A DNA stretch of 64,000 nucleotides from Paragordius varius (GCA_964247055.1 OZ176058.1:3906001-3970000); one strand, 5' to 3'; numbered from the stretch's first letter, positions 45,781 to 56,780 are shown. Numbers and translations are program-made. The notes: generated from the sequence alone by a model not told the origin.

Positions 45781-48700
45781 CAATCAAAATATGTTGCCCA
45801 ATAGCTTTTTAGTGTTCCCAACAATCAAACATATATTTTCAACAATCAAATAATTTTTCCAACAATCAAATTATGTTTTCTTTTAACTTTTTAGAGTTTC
45901 CAACAATCAAACATATTTTTTCAACTATCAAATAATTTTTTCAACAATCATATGTTGCCCAATAGCTTTTTAGTGTTTCCAACAATCAAACATATATTTT
46001 CAACAATCAAATAATTTTTCCAACAATCAAAATATGTTGTCTTTTAACTTTTTATTGTTTCCAATCAAACATATATTTTCAACAATCAAATAATATTTCC
46101 ACCAATCAAAATATGTTGCCCAACAGCTTTTTAGTATTCCCAACAATCAAACATATATTTTCAACAATCAAATAATTTTTCCAACAATCAAAATATGTTT
46201 TCTTTTAACTTTTAGTGTTTCCAACAATCATACATATATTTTCAACAATCAAATAATTTTTCCAACAATCAAAATATGTTGCCCAATAGCTTTTTAGTAT
46301 TCCCAACAAACAAACATATATTTTCAACAATCAAATAATTTTTCCAACAATCAAAATATGTTTTCTTTTAACTGTTTAGTGTTTCCAACAATCAAACATA
46401 TATTTTCAACAATCAAATAATTTTTGCAACAATAAAAATATGTTGCCCAATAGCTTTTTAGTATTCCCAACAATCAAACATATATTTTCAACAATCAAAT
46501 AATTTTTCCAACAATCAAAATATGTGCTTTTAACTTTTTATTGTTTCCAACAATCAAACATATATTTTCAACAATCAAATAATTTTTTCAACAATCATAT
46601 GTTGCCCAATAGCTTTTTAGTGTTTCCATCAATCTAACATATATTTTCAACAATCAAATAATTTTCTAATTATGTTTTCTTTTTTTACTGTTTCCAATAA
46701 TCAAACAAATATTTTCAACAATCAAATAATTTTTGCAACAATCATAATATGTTGCCCAATAGCTTTTTAGTATTCCCAACAATCAAAAATATATTTTCAA
46801 CAATCAAATAATTTTTCCATCAATCAAAATATGTTGTCTTTTAACTTTTTATTGTTTCCAATCAAACATATATTTTCAACAATCAAATAATATTTCCACC
46901 AATCAAAATATGTTGCCCAATAGCTTTTTAGTATTCCCAACAATCAAACATATATTTTCAACAATCAAATAATTTTCTAATTATGTTTTCTTTTTTTACT
47001 GTTTCCAATAATCAAACAAATATTTTCAACAATCAAATAATTTTTTCAACAATCATATGTTGCCCAATAGCTTTTTAGTGTTTCCAACAATCAAACATAT
47101 ATTTTCAACAATCAAATAATTTTTCCAACAATCAAAATATGTTGTCTTTTAACTTTTTATTGTTTCCAATCAAACATATATTTTCAACAATCAAATAATA
47201 TTTCCACCAATCAAAATATGTTGCCCAATAGCTTTTTAGTATTCCCAACAATCAAACATATATTTTCAACAATCAAATAATTTTTCCAACAATCAAAATA
47301 TGTTTTCTTTTAACTTTTAGTGTTTCCAACAATCATACATATATTTTCAACAATCAAATAATTTTTCCAACAATCAAAATATGTTGCCCAATAGCTTTTT
47401 AGTATTCCCAACAAACAAACATATATTTTCAACAATCAAATAATTTTTCCAACAATCAAAATATGTTTTCTTTTAACTGTTTAGTGTTTCCAACAATCAA
47501 ACATATATTTTCAACAATCAAATAATTTTAACAATCAAAATATGTTCCCCAATAGCTTTATAGTGGTCCCAACAATCAAACATATATTTTCAACAATCAA
47601 ATAATTTTTGCAACAATAAAAATATGTTGCCCAATAGCTTTTTAGTATTCCCAACAATCAAACATATATTTTCAACAATCAAATAATTTTTCCAACAATG
47701 AAAATATGTGCTTTTAACTTTTTATTGTTTCCAACAATCAAACATATATTTTCAACAATCAAATAATTTTTCCAACAATCATAATATGTTGCCCCATAGC
47801 TTTTATTGTTTCCAACAATCAAATTATATTATCTTTTAACTTTTTATTGTTTCCAACAATAAAACATATATTTTCAACAATCAAATAATTTTTCCAACAA
47901 TGAAATTATGTTTTCTTTTAACTTTTTATTGTCAACAATCAAACATATATTTTCAACAATCAAATAATATTTCCAAAAATCAAAATATGTTGCCCAATAG
48001 CTTCTTATTCCCAACAATCAAACATATATTTTCAACAATCAAATAATTTTTCCAACAATCAAATTATGTTTTATTTTAACTTTTTAGTGTTTCGAACAAT
48101 CAAACATATTTTTTCAACAATCAAATAATTTTTTCAACATTAATATGTTGCCCAATAGCTTTTTAGTGTTTCCAACAATCTAACATATATTTTCAACAAT
48201 CAAATAATTTTTCCAAAACTAAAATTATGTTTCGTTTTTTAGTGTTTCCACCAATCAAACATATATTTTCAACAATCAAATAATTTTTGAAACAATCAAA
48301 ATATGTTGCCCAATAGCTTTTTAGTATTCCCAACAATCAAACATATATTTTCAACAATCAAATAATATTTAGAACAATCAAAATATGTTTTCTTTTAACT
48401 TTTAGTGTTTCCAACAATCAAACATATATTTTCAACAATCAAATAATTTTTCCAACAATCAAAATATGTTGCCCAATAGCTTTTTAGTATTCCCAACAAA
48501 CACACATATATTTTCAACAATCAAATAATTTTTCCAACAATCAAAATATGTTTTCTTTTAACTTTTAGTGTTTCCAAAAACTAAACATATATTTTCAACA
48601 ATCAAATAATTTTTCCAACAATCAAAATATGTTGTCTTTTAACTTTTTAGTGTTTCCAACAATCAAACATATTTTTTCAACAATCAAATAATTTTTTCAA

Positions 48701-50189
48701 CAATCATATGTTGCCCAATAGCTTTTTAGTGTTTCCATCAATCTAACATATATTTTCAACAATCAAATAATTTTCTAATTATGTTTTCTTTTTTTAGTGT
48801 TTCCAACAAACAGACAAATATTTTCAACAATCAAATAATTTTTGCAACAATCATAATATGTTGCCCAATAGCTTTTTAGTATTCCCAACAATCAAAAATA
48901 TATTTTCAACAATCAAATAATTTTTCCAACAATCAAAATATGTTTTCTTTTAACTTTTAGTGTTTCCAACAATCAGACATATATTTTCAACAATCTAATA
49001 ATTTTTCCAACAATCAAAATTTGTTGTCTTTTAACTTTTTATTGTTTCCAACAATCAAAAATATATTTTCAAAAATCAAATAATTTTTCCAACAATCAAA
49101 TTATGTTGTCTTTTAACTTTTTAGTGTTTCCAACAATCAAACATATATTTTCAACAATCAAATAATTTTACCAACAATCAAAATATGATGCCCAATAGCT
49201 TTTTAGTGTTTCCAACAATCAAACATATATTTGCACAATCAAATAATTTTTACAACAATCAAAATATGTTTTCTTTTAACTTTTTAGTGTTTTCAACAAT
49301 CAAACATATATTTTCAACAATCGAATATTTTTTCCAACAATCAAAATATGTTGCCCAATAGCTTTTTATTGTTTCCAACAATCAAACATATATTTTCAAC
49401 AATCAAATAATTTTTCAAACAATCAAAATATGTTGCCCAATAGCTTTTTAGTGTTTCCAACAATCAAACATATATTTTCAACAATCAAATAATTTTCCAA
49501 CAATCAAAATATGTTGCCCAATAGCATTTAGTATTTCCAACAATCAAACATATATTTTCAACAATTAAATAATTTTTCCAACAATCAAAATATGTTGTCT
49601 TTTAACTTTTTATTGTTTCCAACAATCAAACATATATTTTCAAAAATCAAATAATTTTTCCAACAATCAAATTATGTTGTCTTTTAACTTTTTAGTGTTT
49701 CCAACAATCAAACATATATTTTCAACAATCAAATAATTTTACCAACAATCAAAATATGATGCCCAATAGCTTTTTAGTGTTTCCAACAATCAAACAAATA
49801 TTTGCACAATCAAATAATTTTTACAACAATCAAAATATGTTTTCTTTTAACTTTTTAGTGTTTCCAACACTCAAACATATATTTTCAACAATCAAATAAT
49901 TTTTCAAACAATCAAAATATGTTGCCCAATAGCTTTTTAGTGTTTCCAACAATCAAACATATATTTTCAACAATCAAATAATTTTTCAAACAATCAAAAT
50001 ATGTTGCCCAATAGCTTTTTAGTGTTTCCAACAATCAAACATATATTTTCAACAATCAAATAATTTTTCCAACAAGCAAAATCTGTTGCCCAATAGCATT
50101 TAGTATTTCCAACAATCAAACATATATTTTCAACAATCAAATAATTTTTCCAACAATCAAAATATGTTTTCTTTTAACTTTTTAGTGTT

Positions 50190-51110
50190 TCCAACAATCA
50201 AACATATATTTTCAACAATCAAATAATTTTTCCAACAATCATAAAATGTTGCCCCATAGCTTTTTATTGTTTCCAACAATCAAATTATATTATCTTTAAC
50301 TTTTTATTGTTTCCAACAATCAAACATATATCAACAATCAAAAAATTTTTCCACCAACCAAATTATGTTGTCTTTTAACTTTTTAGTGTTTCCAACAATC
50401 AAACTTATATTTTCAACAATAAAATATTTTTTTCAACAATCAAAATATGTTTTCTTTTAACTTTTTAGTGTTTCCAACAATCAAACATATATTTTCAACA
50501 ATCAAATAATTTTAACAATCAAAATATGTTCCCCAATAGCTTTATAGTGGTCCCAACAATCAAACATATATTTTCAACAATCAAATAATTTTTGCAACAA
50601 TAAAAATATGTTGCCCAATAGCTTTTTAGTAATCCCAACAATCAAACATATATTTTCAACAATCAAATAATTTTTCCAACAATCATAAAATGTTGCCCCA
50701 TAGCTTTTTATTGTTTCCAACAATCAAATTATATTATCTTTAACTTTTTATTGTTTCCAACAATCAAACATATATCAACAATCAAAAAATTTTTCCACCA
50801 ACCAAATTATGTTGTCTTTTAACTTTTTAGTGTTTCCAACAATCAAACTTATATTTTCAACAATAAAATATTTTTTTCAACAATCAAAATATGTTTTCTT
50901 TTAACTTTTTAGTGTTTCCAACAATCAAACATATATTTTCAACAATCAAATAATTTTAACAATCAAAATATGTTCCCCAATAGCTTTATAGTGGTCCCAA
51001 CAATCAAACATATATTTTCAACAATCAAATAATTTTTGCAACAATAAAAATATGTTGCCCAATAGCTTTTTAGTAATCCCAACAATCAAACATATATTTT
51101 CAACAATCAA
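50190..51110 (+). repeat. 444-bp tandem duplication
   Basis: TATCTTTAAC variant at 50291/50735 and GTGGTCCC at 50547/50991. Confidence 0.88.
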
Positions 51111-53349
51111 ATAATTTTTCCAACAATCAAAATATGTGCTTTTAACTTTTTATTGTTTCCAACAATCAAATAATTTTTCCAACAATCATAATATGTTGCC
51201 CCATAGCTTTTTATTGTTTCCAAAAATCAAATTATATTATCTTTTAACTTTTTATTGTTTCCAACAATCAAACATATATTTTCAACAATCAAATAATTTT
51301 TACAACAATGAAATTATGTTTTCTTTTAACTTTTTATTGTCAACAATCAAACATATATTTTCAACAATCAAATAATATTTCCAAAAATCAAAATATGTTG
51401 CCCAATAGCTTCTTATTCCCAACAATCAAACATATATTTTCAACAATCAAATAATTTTTCCAACAATCAAATTATGTTTTATTTTATCTTTTTAGTGTTT
51501 CCAACAATCAAACATATTTTTTCAACAATGAAATAATTTTTTCAACATTAATATGTTGCCCAATAGCTTTTTAGTGTTTCCAACAATCTAACATATATTT
51601 TCAACAATCAAATAATTTTTCCAAAAATAAAATTATGTTTCGTTTTTTAAGTGTTTCCAACAATCAAACATATATTTTCAACAATCAAATAATTTTTGCA
51701 ACAATCAAAATATATTTTCTTTTAACTTTTAGTGTTTCCACCAATCAAACATATATTTTCAACAATCAAATAATTTTTGAGACAATCAAAATATGTTGCC
51801 CAATAGCTTTTTAGTATTCCCAACAATCAAACATATATTTTAAACAATCAAATAATATTTAGAACAATCAAAATATGTTTTCTTTTAACTTTTAATGTTT
51901 CCAACAATCAAACATATATTTTCAACAATCAAATAATTTTTCCAACAATCAAAATATGTTGCCCAATAGCTTTTTATTCCCAACAAACAAACATATATTT
52001 TCAACAATCAAATAATTTTTCCAACAATCAAAATATGTTTTCTTTTAACTTAGTGTTTCCAACAATCAAACAAATATTTTCAACAATCAAATAATTTTTC
52101 CAACAATCAAAATATGTTGTCTTTTAACTTTTTAGTGTTTCCAACAATCAAACATATTTTTTCACCAATCAAATAATTTTTTCAACAATCATATGTTGCC
52201 CAATAGCTTTTTAGTGTTTCCATCAATCTAACATATATTTCAATCAAATAATTTTCTAATTATGTTTTCTTTTTTTACTGTTTCCAATAATCAAACAAAT
52301 ATTTTCAACAATCAAATAATTTTTGCAACAATCATAATATGTTGCCCAATAGCTTTTTAGTATTCCCAACAATCAAAAATATATTTTCAACAATCAAATA
52401 ATTTTTCCATCAATCAAAATATGTTGTCTTTTAACTTTTTATTGTTTCCAACAATCAAACATATATTTTCAAAAATCAAATAATTTTTCCAACAATCAAA
52501 ATATGTTGCCCAATAGCTTTTTAGTGTTCCCAACAATCAAACATATATTTTCAACAATCAAATAATTTTTCCAACAATCAAATTATTTTTCTTTTAACTT
52601 TTTAGAGTTTCCAACAATCAAACATATTTTTTCAACTATCAAATAATTTTTTCAACAATCATATGTTGCCCAATAGCTTTTTAGTGTTTCCAACAATCAA
52701 ACATATATTTTCAACAATCAAATAATTTTTCCAACAATCAAAATATGTTGTCTTTTAACTTTTTATTGTTTCCAATCAAACATATATTTTCAACAATCAA
52801 ATAATATTTCCAACAATCAAAATATGTTGCCCAATAGCTTTTTAGTATTCCCAACAATCAAACATATATTTTCAACAATCAAATAATTTTTCCAACAATC
52901 AAAATATGTTTTCTTTTAACTTTTAGTGTTTCCAACAATTATACATATATTTTCAACAATCAAATAATTTTTCCAACAATCAAAATATGTTGCCCAATAG
53001 CTTTTTAGTATTCCCAACAAACAAACATATATTTTCAACAATCAAATAATTTTTCCAACAATCAAAATATGTTTTCTTTTAACTTTTAGTGTTTCCAACA
53101 ATCAAACATATATTTTCAACAATCAAATAATTTTTCCAACAATCAAAATATGTTGTCTTTTAACTTTTTATTGTTTCCCACAATCAAATAATTTTTTCAA
53201 CAATCAAATTATGTTGTCTACTTTTTGGTGTTTCGAACAATCAAACATATTTTTTCAACAATCAAATAATTTTTCCAACAATCATAAAATGTTGCCCCAT
53301 AGCTTTTTATTGTTTCCAACAATCAAATTATATTATCTTTTAACTTTTT

Positions 53350-53368
53350 ATTGTTTCCAACAATCAAA
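53350..53368 (+). repeat. Left target-site duplication ATTGTTTCCAACAATCAAA (17-19 bp)
   Basis: Identical to 56762-56780. Present only once at the empty paralogous site (62034-62052). Confidence 0.9.
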
Positions 53369-53826
53369 AAAACATCTGATTTGTACGCGCGCGAGTTCGT
53401 ACATTACACAAAAGAAAAAATTCTAAATTCTTATCTATTTATCTTCAAAGTTTATTCTATCTTTTATCACTTATCCTATACTTTAAATTTTTGTTATAAC
53501 ATACCTATTCCCATTTTGTTTTTGGACGTAGGACTTACCGTTGGCCTTTTCCCATAATTTGCCTATTAATATTCTCTTAAATATATAGATCGTATTCTTG
53601 GATAAGTATTGTAGCACTATTTATTTTTATTTTTTACTATGACACATAAAATAACCCTTGATTTATATTGTTTTATACATAATTTTTGCTTTAATTCTTT
53701 TTATTGCGAAATATAATTTCCGTTTATACCTATAGCCTAGGTTTTTTTTTTAACATCTATCAATTTGTCATAATTAGTTCGACACTTCAATTTTATTATT
53801 TTATTTTGTTTGTTTAAAGCTGTCAA
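53369..53826 (+). promoter_or_regulatory. Putative 5' UTR / internal promoter region of the RTE element (about 458 bp, AT-rich, non-satellite)
   Basis: Unique sequence between the left TSD and the first ATG, beginning with a CpG cluster (GTACGCGCGCGAGTTCGTAC). Promoter function is inferred from LINE biology, not shown. Confidence 0.6.
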
Positions 53827-56751
53827 ATGAATATTGATGTGTATAGTAATAACCGGTCAGGCCTGGCCAGCCGCGGTTTTGGTGTTGTGGCCAATAATAC
53901 AAAGAGAATGAAAAGGAATACAAGATGCCTGTATTTTGCTAGTTTAAATGTTGGTTCATTGAAAAGTAAGTTAAATGATATTGTGAGAATAATGAAAGTT
54001 AAACATATTGATATTTTGGCATTACAAGAGACTCGTTACCGCGGAAACGGAGCAAGGACTTTGGAAGAGAATTATCGACTATATTACTCAGGTGAAAGTG
54101 GCGGACGAAATGGAGTGGCAATTATCATTAATCCCAAATTGTCCAATCAGGTTAAAGAGGTTAGACGCTATAACAGCCGAATCATGAATTTAGATATTTT
54201 GGTAGGTAACGAGGTCATAACGGTATTTAGTATATATGCCCCGCAAATAGGTTTACCCAAACAAGAAAAGGAGCAATTTTACGAGACTTTAGATGAAAAA
54301 ATAGTCGCTCTCCCTCAGCTCAGAGTTAAGTTTTTATGTGGGGATTTTAATGGTCATCTTGGTTCAAAAAGGGAATCTTTTGAAATATGGCACGGGGGAC
54401 ATTCTTATGGAGAAAGAAACGAGGAAGGAATTAATTTGCTCAGATTTGCACAATCTCACAATTTGGCGATAGCGAACACGTTTTTCGAAAAAAGAGAGAG
54501 TCATCTAGTAACTTTTAAGAGCGGCATAAACAAATCTCAAATAGATTTTATACTTGTTCCAAGAGATTTATTGAAGCTTGTGATAGATTGTAAGGTCCTG
54601 CCAAACTTAGAGGTTAGTTCGCAACATAATTTACTTATTTGTAAATTTTTCGTGAAAGAAAAGTCTAAACAAAGTGGTTCTTATTCAAAGAGATTAAAAA
54701 GTATTAAGTGGGAGAAATTATCCGAAAAAAGGCAGGCTTTTATAAAAGAAATACGGTTATCCGAGGATGGGGGGTTAAATGGTGATTGGGATAAAGTAAG
54801 TCAGTTAATCAAAAAGGCAGGAACTCTAGTTTGTGGATTAAAAGGCGGAAAATCTCAAGTATACAGAGAGGCTTGGCTTTACGATGAAAGAATAATATTG
54901 ATGTCACGAGAAAAAGGTAAGGCTTTTGACAAATGGAGACATACAAGGAATGATGATGATAGAGATAAGTATAAAAGTTTAAATAAGGAATTGAAAAAAT
55001 TAGTCGGTCAGGTTAAGAAAGAAAAAATGAATTTATTTTATGATGAGTTAAATAGTAAGCAAGGTTTAAACAAAGTGTATAAAGTTGCGCAGCAAAGGAA
55101 TAAACGCAGGATGGATTTGCCAGGTTATGCGACTGCAATAAAAGGAAAAGATGGAAGCTTGCTGTGCGAAAATGTAGAAATATTAAAAAGATGGAAAGAG
55201 TACTTTGTGAGTTTAGATGAAGGGGTAGGCGAGATATTTTTGCCAAATACAGTTGAAGCTACTGATAGACCAATAGAAGCAATTACACAAAAGGAAGTAG
55301 AATCTAATTTGTTAGAAATGCCAAACAACAAAGCTGTAGGATCGGACGACATAAATATAAATTGTTGGAAAGTGCTTGGAAATTCTGGATTAAATTTTTT
55401 GGAGCGTGTATTTAATAAAGTTGTTTCAGCGTATGAAATCCCGGTTGAATGGAAGGAAAGTTTAACTGTGCCTTTATTTAAAGGAAAAGGTGATATAAAT
55501 GAATGTAGTAACTATAGAGGGATAAAACTTATGTCGCACACTATGAAATTGTTTGAAAAAATAATTGAAAAGCGAATCAGGAAAATGATATCTATAGAAG
55601 GAAATCAATTTGGTTTCATGCCAGGAAAGTCAACAGTAGATCCTATACATGCGGTTAGGAGGTTGATTGAAAAACACATTGAAAAAAAGAAAGAATTACA
55701 CGGGGTTTTGATTGATATAGAGAAGGCGTTTGACAGGATTCCTAGAGAAACTATTTGGTGGAGTCTCCGTCGTAAAAAGGTGCCAGAAAGTTATATTAAG
55801 TTGTTACAAATAATGTACGAATCACACACCTCCAGGATTAAAACTCCACAAGGTTTATCAGAGCCCTTTTCAATAAAGCATGGAGTCTACCAAGGCTCAT
55901 CACTCAGCCCCTTATTGTTTATAATTTGTATGGACGAGGTAGCCAAGGTTGTTTATGTGAGTTCAGGATGGTACTTAATGTATGCATATGACATAATCAT
56001 CTTGTCTGATTCATTAATTGAGTTAAAGCGAACGGTAAACAGATGGGTTGTTATGCTGGATCAATATGGTCTGAAAGTAAACAAAGCAAAAACCGAACTT
56101 ATTACTTTTGGGGGTCCACAACATGAAATGGTAGTTGATGATAGTTGGGTTCTGAAGGGTAAAGAAAGTTGCAAATATCTGGGAGCTATGTTAAGTGCAG
56201 ATGGTTCGTTAACTGACGATATTAATTTAAGAATAAAGAGCAGCTGGGTAAATTGGAAGAAAATTTCGAGCGTATTATGCGATCGAAATATTGATGTTAG
56301 AGTGAAAGGTAAGATTTACAGTTCAGTTGTCCAGCCCTCAATGATGTATAATTCACAGACATGGGGTGTCAAAAAATCCGAAGAAAGACAATTTAACGTG
56401 ACTGAAATGAAAATGCTCAGAATGATGTGTGGGGTAACTAGAAAGGACAGAATCGAGAATAGATTTATTCGTGGGAGCACAGATATTAAACCAATAGTGG
56501 AAAGAATGTCAAAAAATAGGCTACGTTGGTTCGGGCACATTGAAAGGAGAGATTCTAATTATATTGCAAAAATAATAGATGGTTATATAGTTGAGGGAAA
56601 ACGAGGACGTGGGCGACCTAAAACAAAATGGATAGATACAGTAAAAAGAGAGCTAGCACAATACGAGCTTAATGCAGAGGACGCCATCGATAGAGTTTTA
56701 TGGCGAGACAGGTTGTATAACATGACCGCTCTCACGAGTGAAAACATGTAA
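53827..56751 (+). CDS. RTE-type polyprotein, 974 aa: apurinic-like endonuclease + reverse transcriptase (RT probably inactive, YAYD)
   Basis: EN motifs SLNVGSL (N41), LQETR (E68), SIYAPQ (Y137), GDFNGH (D173/N175), SQIDFIL (D240), SQH (H267). RT motifs KAVGSDDI, NYRGIKLMSHTMKLFEKII, QFGFMPGKST, IDIEKAFD (D630), GVYQGSSLSPLLF, MYAYDI (719-722), KYLG. No frameshift or premature stop. Confidence 0.95.
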   Translation: MNIDVYSNNRSGLASRGFGVVANNTKRMKRNTRCLYFASLNVGSLKSKLNDIVRIMKVKHIDILALQETRYRGNGARTLEENYRLYYSGESGGRNGVAIIINPKLSNQVKEVRRYNSRIMNLDILVGNEVITVFSIYAPQIGLPKQEKEQFYETLDEKIVALPQLRVKFLCGDFNGHLGSKRESFEIWHGGHSYGERNEEGINLLRFAQSHNLAIANTFFEKRESHLVTFKSGINKSQIDFILVPRDLLKLVIDCKVLPNLEVSSQHNLLICKFFVKEKSKQSGSYSKRLKSIKWEKLSEKRQAFIKEIRLSEDGGLNGDWDKVSQLIKKAGTLVCGLKGGKSQVYREAWLYDERIILMSREKGKAFDKWRHTRNDDDRDKYKSLNKELKKLVGQVKKEKMNLFYDELNSKQGLNKVYKVAQQRNKRRMDLPGYATAIKGKDGSLLCENVEILKRWKEYFVSLDEGVGEIFLPNTVEATDRPIEAITQKEVESNLLEMPNNKAVGSDDININCWKVLGNSGLNFLERVFNKVVSAYEIPVEWKESLTVPLFKGKGDINECSNYRGIKLMSHTMKLFEKIIEKRIRKMISIEGNQFGFMPGKSTVDPIHAVRRLIEKHIEKKKELHGVLIDIEKAFDRIPRETIWWSLRRKKVPESYIKLLQIMYESHTSRIKTPQGLSEPFSIKHGVYQGSSLSPLLFIICMDEVAKVVYVSSGWYLMYAYDIIILSDSLIELKRTVNRWVVMLDQYGLKVNKAKTELITFGGPQHEMVVDDSWVLKGKESCKYLGAMLSADGSLTDDINLRIKSSWVNWKKISSVLCDRNIDVRVKGKIYSSVVQPSMMYNSQTWGVKKSEERQFNVTEMKMLRMMCGVTRKDRIENRFIRGSTDIKPIVERMSKNRLRWFGHIERRDSNYIAKIIDGYIVEGKRGRGRPKTKWIDTVKRELAQYELNAEDAIDRVLWRDRLYNMTALTSENM
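53932..54651 (+). other. APE/EEP endonuclease domain of the RTE ORF (about aa 36-275)
   Basis: All expected catalytic positions are recognisable (N41, E68, Y137, D173, N175, D240, H267). Domain limits are approximate. Confidence 0.88.
55318..56200 (+). other. Non-LTR reverse transcriptase domain (about aa 498-790)
   Basis: Ordered RT motifs from MPNNKAVGSDD to CKYLG. First catalytic Asp is intact (GAT at 55714). The YxDD motif reads TAT GCA TAT GAC at 55981-55992. Confidence 0.92.
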
Positions 56752-56762
56752 TGTAATAATAA
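56746..56762 (+). repeat. 3' terminal microrepeat tail ATGTA-ATGTA-ATAATAA, overlapping the stop codon
   Basis: Reads ATG TAA(stop, 56749-56751) TG TAA TAA TAA, then the TSD. Short AT-rich trimer tails are typical of RTE elements. Confidence 0.85.
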
Positions 56763-56780
56763 TTGTTTCCAACAATCAAA
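56762..56780 (+). repeat. Right target-site duplication ATTGTTTCCAACAATCAAA
   Basis: Directly follows the TAA tail. The first 1-2 nt (AT) are shared with the tail, so the TSD is 17-19 bp. Confidence 0.9.

Larger units (their letters stand above)
1..53368 (+). repeat. Satellite DNA array, 82-bp monomer with three CAACAATCAA cores, head-to-tail (left of retroelement)
   Basis: Period measured directly (CAAACATATA at 1501 and 1583 = 82 bp). Monomer is 21+20+20+21 bp. I saw no inversion or non-satellite sequence in this interval. Strand is nominal. Confidence 0.98.
53369..56762 (+). mobile_element. Non-LTR retrotransposon (LINE), RTE clade, apparently full length (about 3.4 kb)
   Basis: Single APE+RT ORF with no ORF1 and no C-terminal zinc knuckle. 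C-terminal RGRGRPKTKWIDTV...DRVLWR motif, minimal 3' UTR, (TAA)n tail and flanking TSD fit the established RTE architecture. Ends are uncertain by 1-4 bp. Confidence 0.92.

Noticed and set aside
372-53426. Dozens of 60-130 aa ORFs (MLPHSFLLFPTIK..., MLETIKSYWAT...) in the satellite
   Set aside because: They are translations of the repeat. They recur at the duplication offsets, have low-complexity composition and show no domain motifs.
53351-53557. 68-aa ORF across the 5' junction as a possible ORF1/uORF
   Set aside because: Its ATG lies in the satellite/TSD rather than in the element, and it has no gag-like, RRM or zinc-knuckle motif.
53371-53770. Repeat of AACATCT...ATTTGT at 53371 and 53752 as a duplicated 5' end or twin-priming junction
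   Set aside because: Only 7 bp exact in very AT-rich DNA, with no inverted segment; compatible with chance.
53369-53900. HDV-like or hammerhead ribozyme in the 5' UTR
   Set aside because: No P1/P3/L3 arrangement could be fitted by eye, and CTGATTT at 53376 does not match the hammerhead CUGANGA core. A covariance-model search would be needed to exclude it fully.
53827-56751. Domesticated host gene
   Set aside because: The TSD, terminal tail, empty paralogous site and lack of introns indicate a recent insertion.
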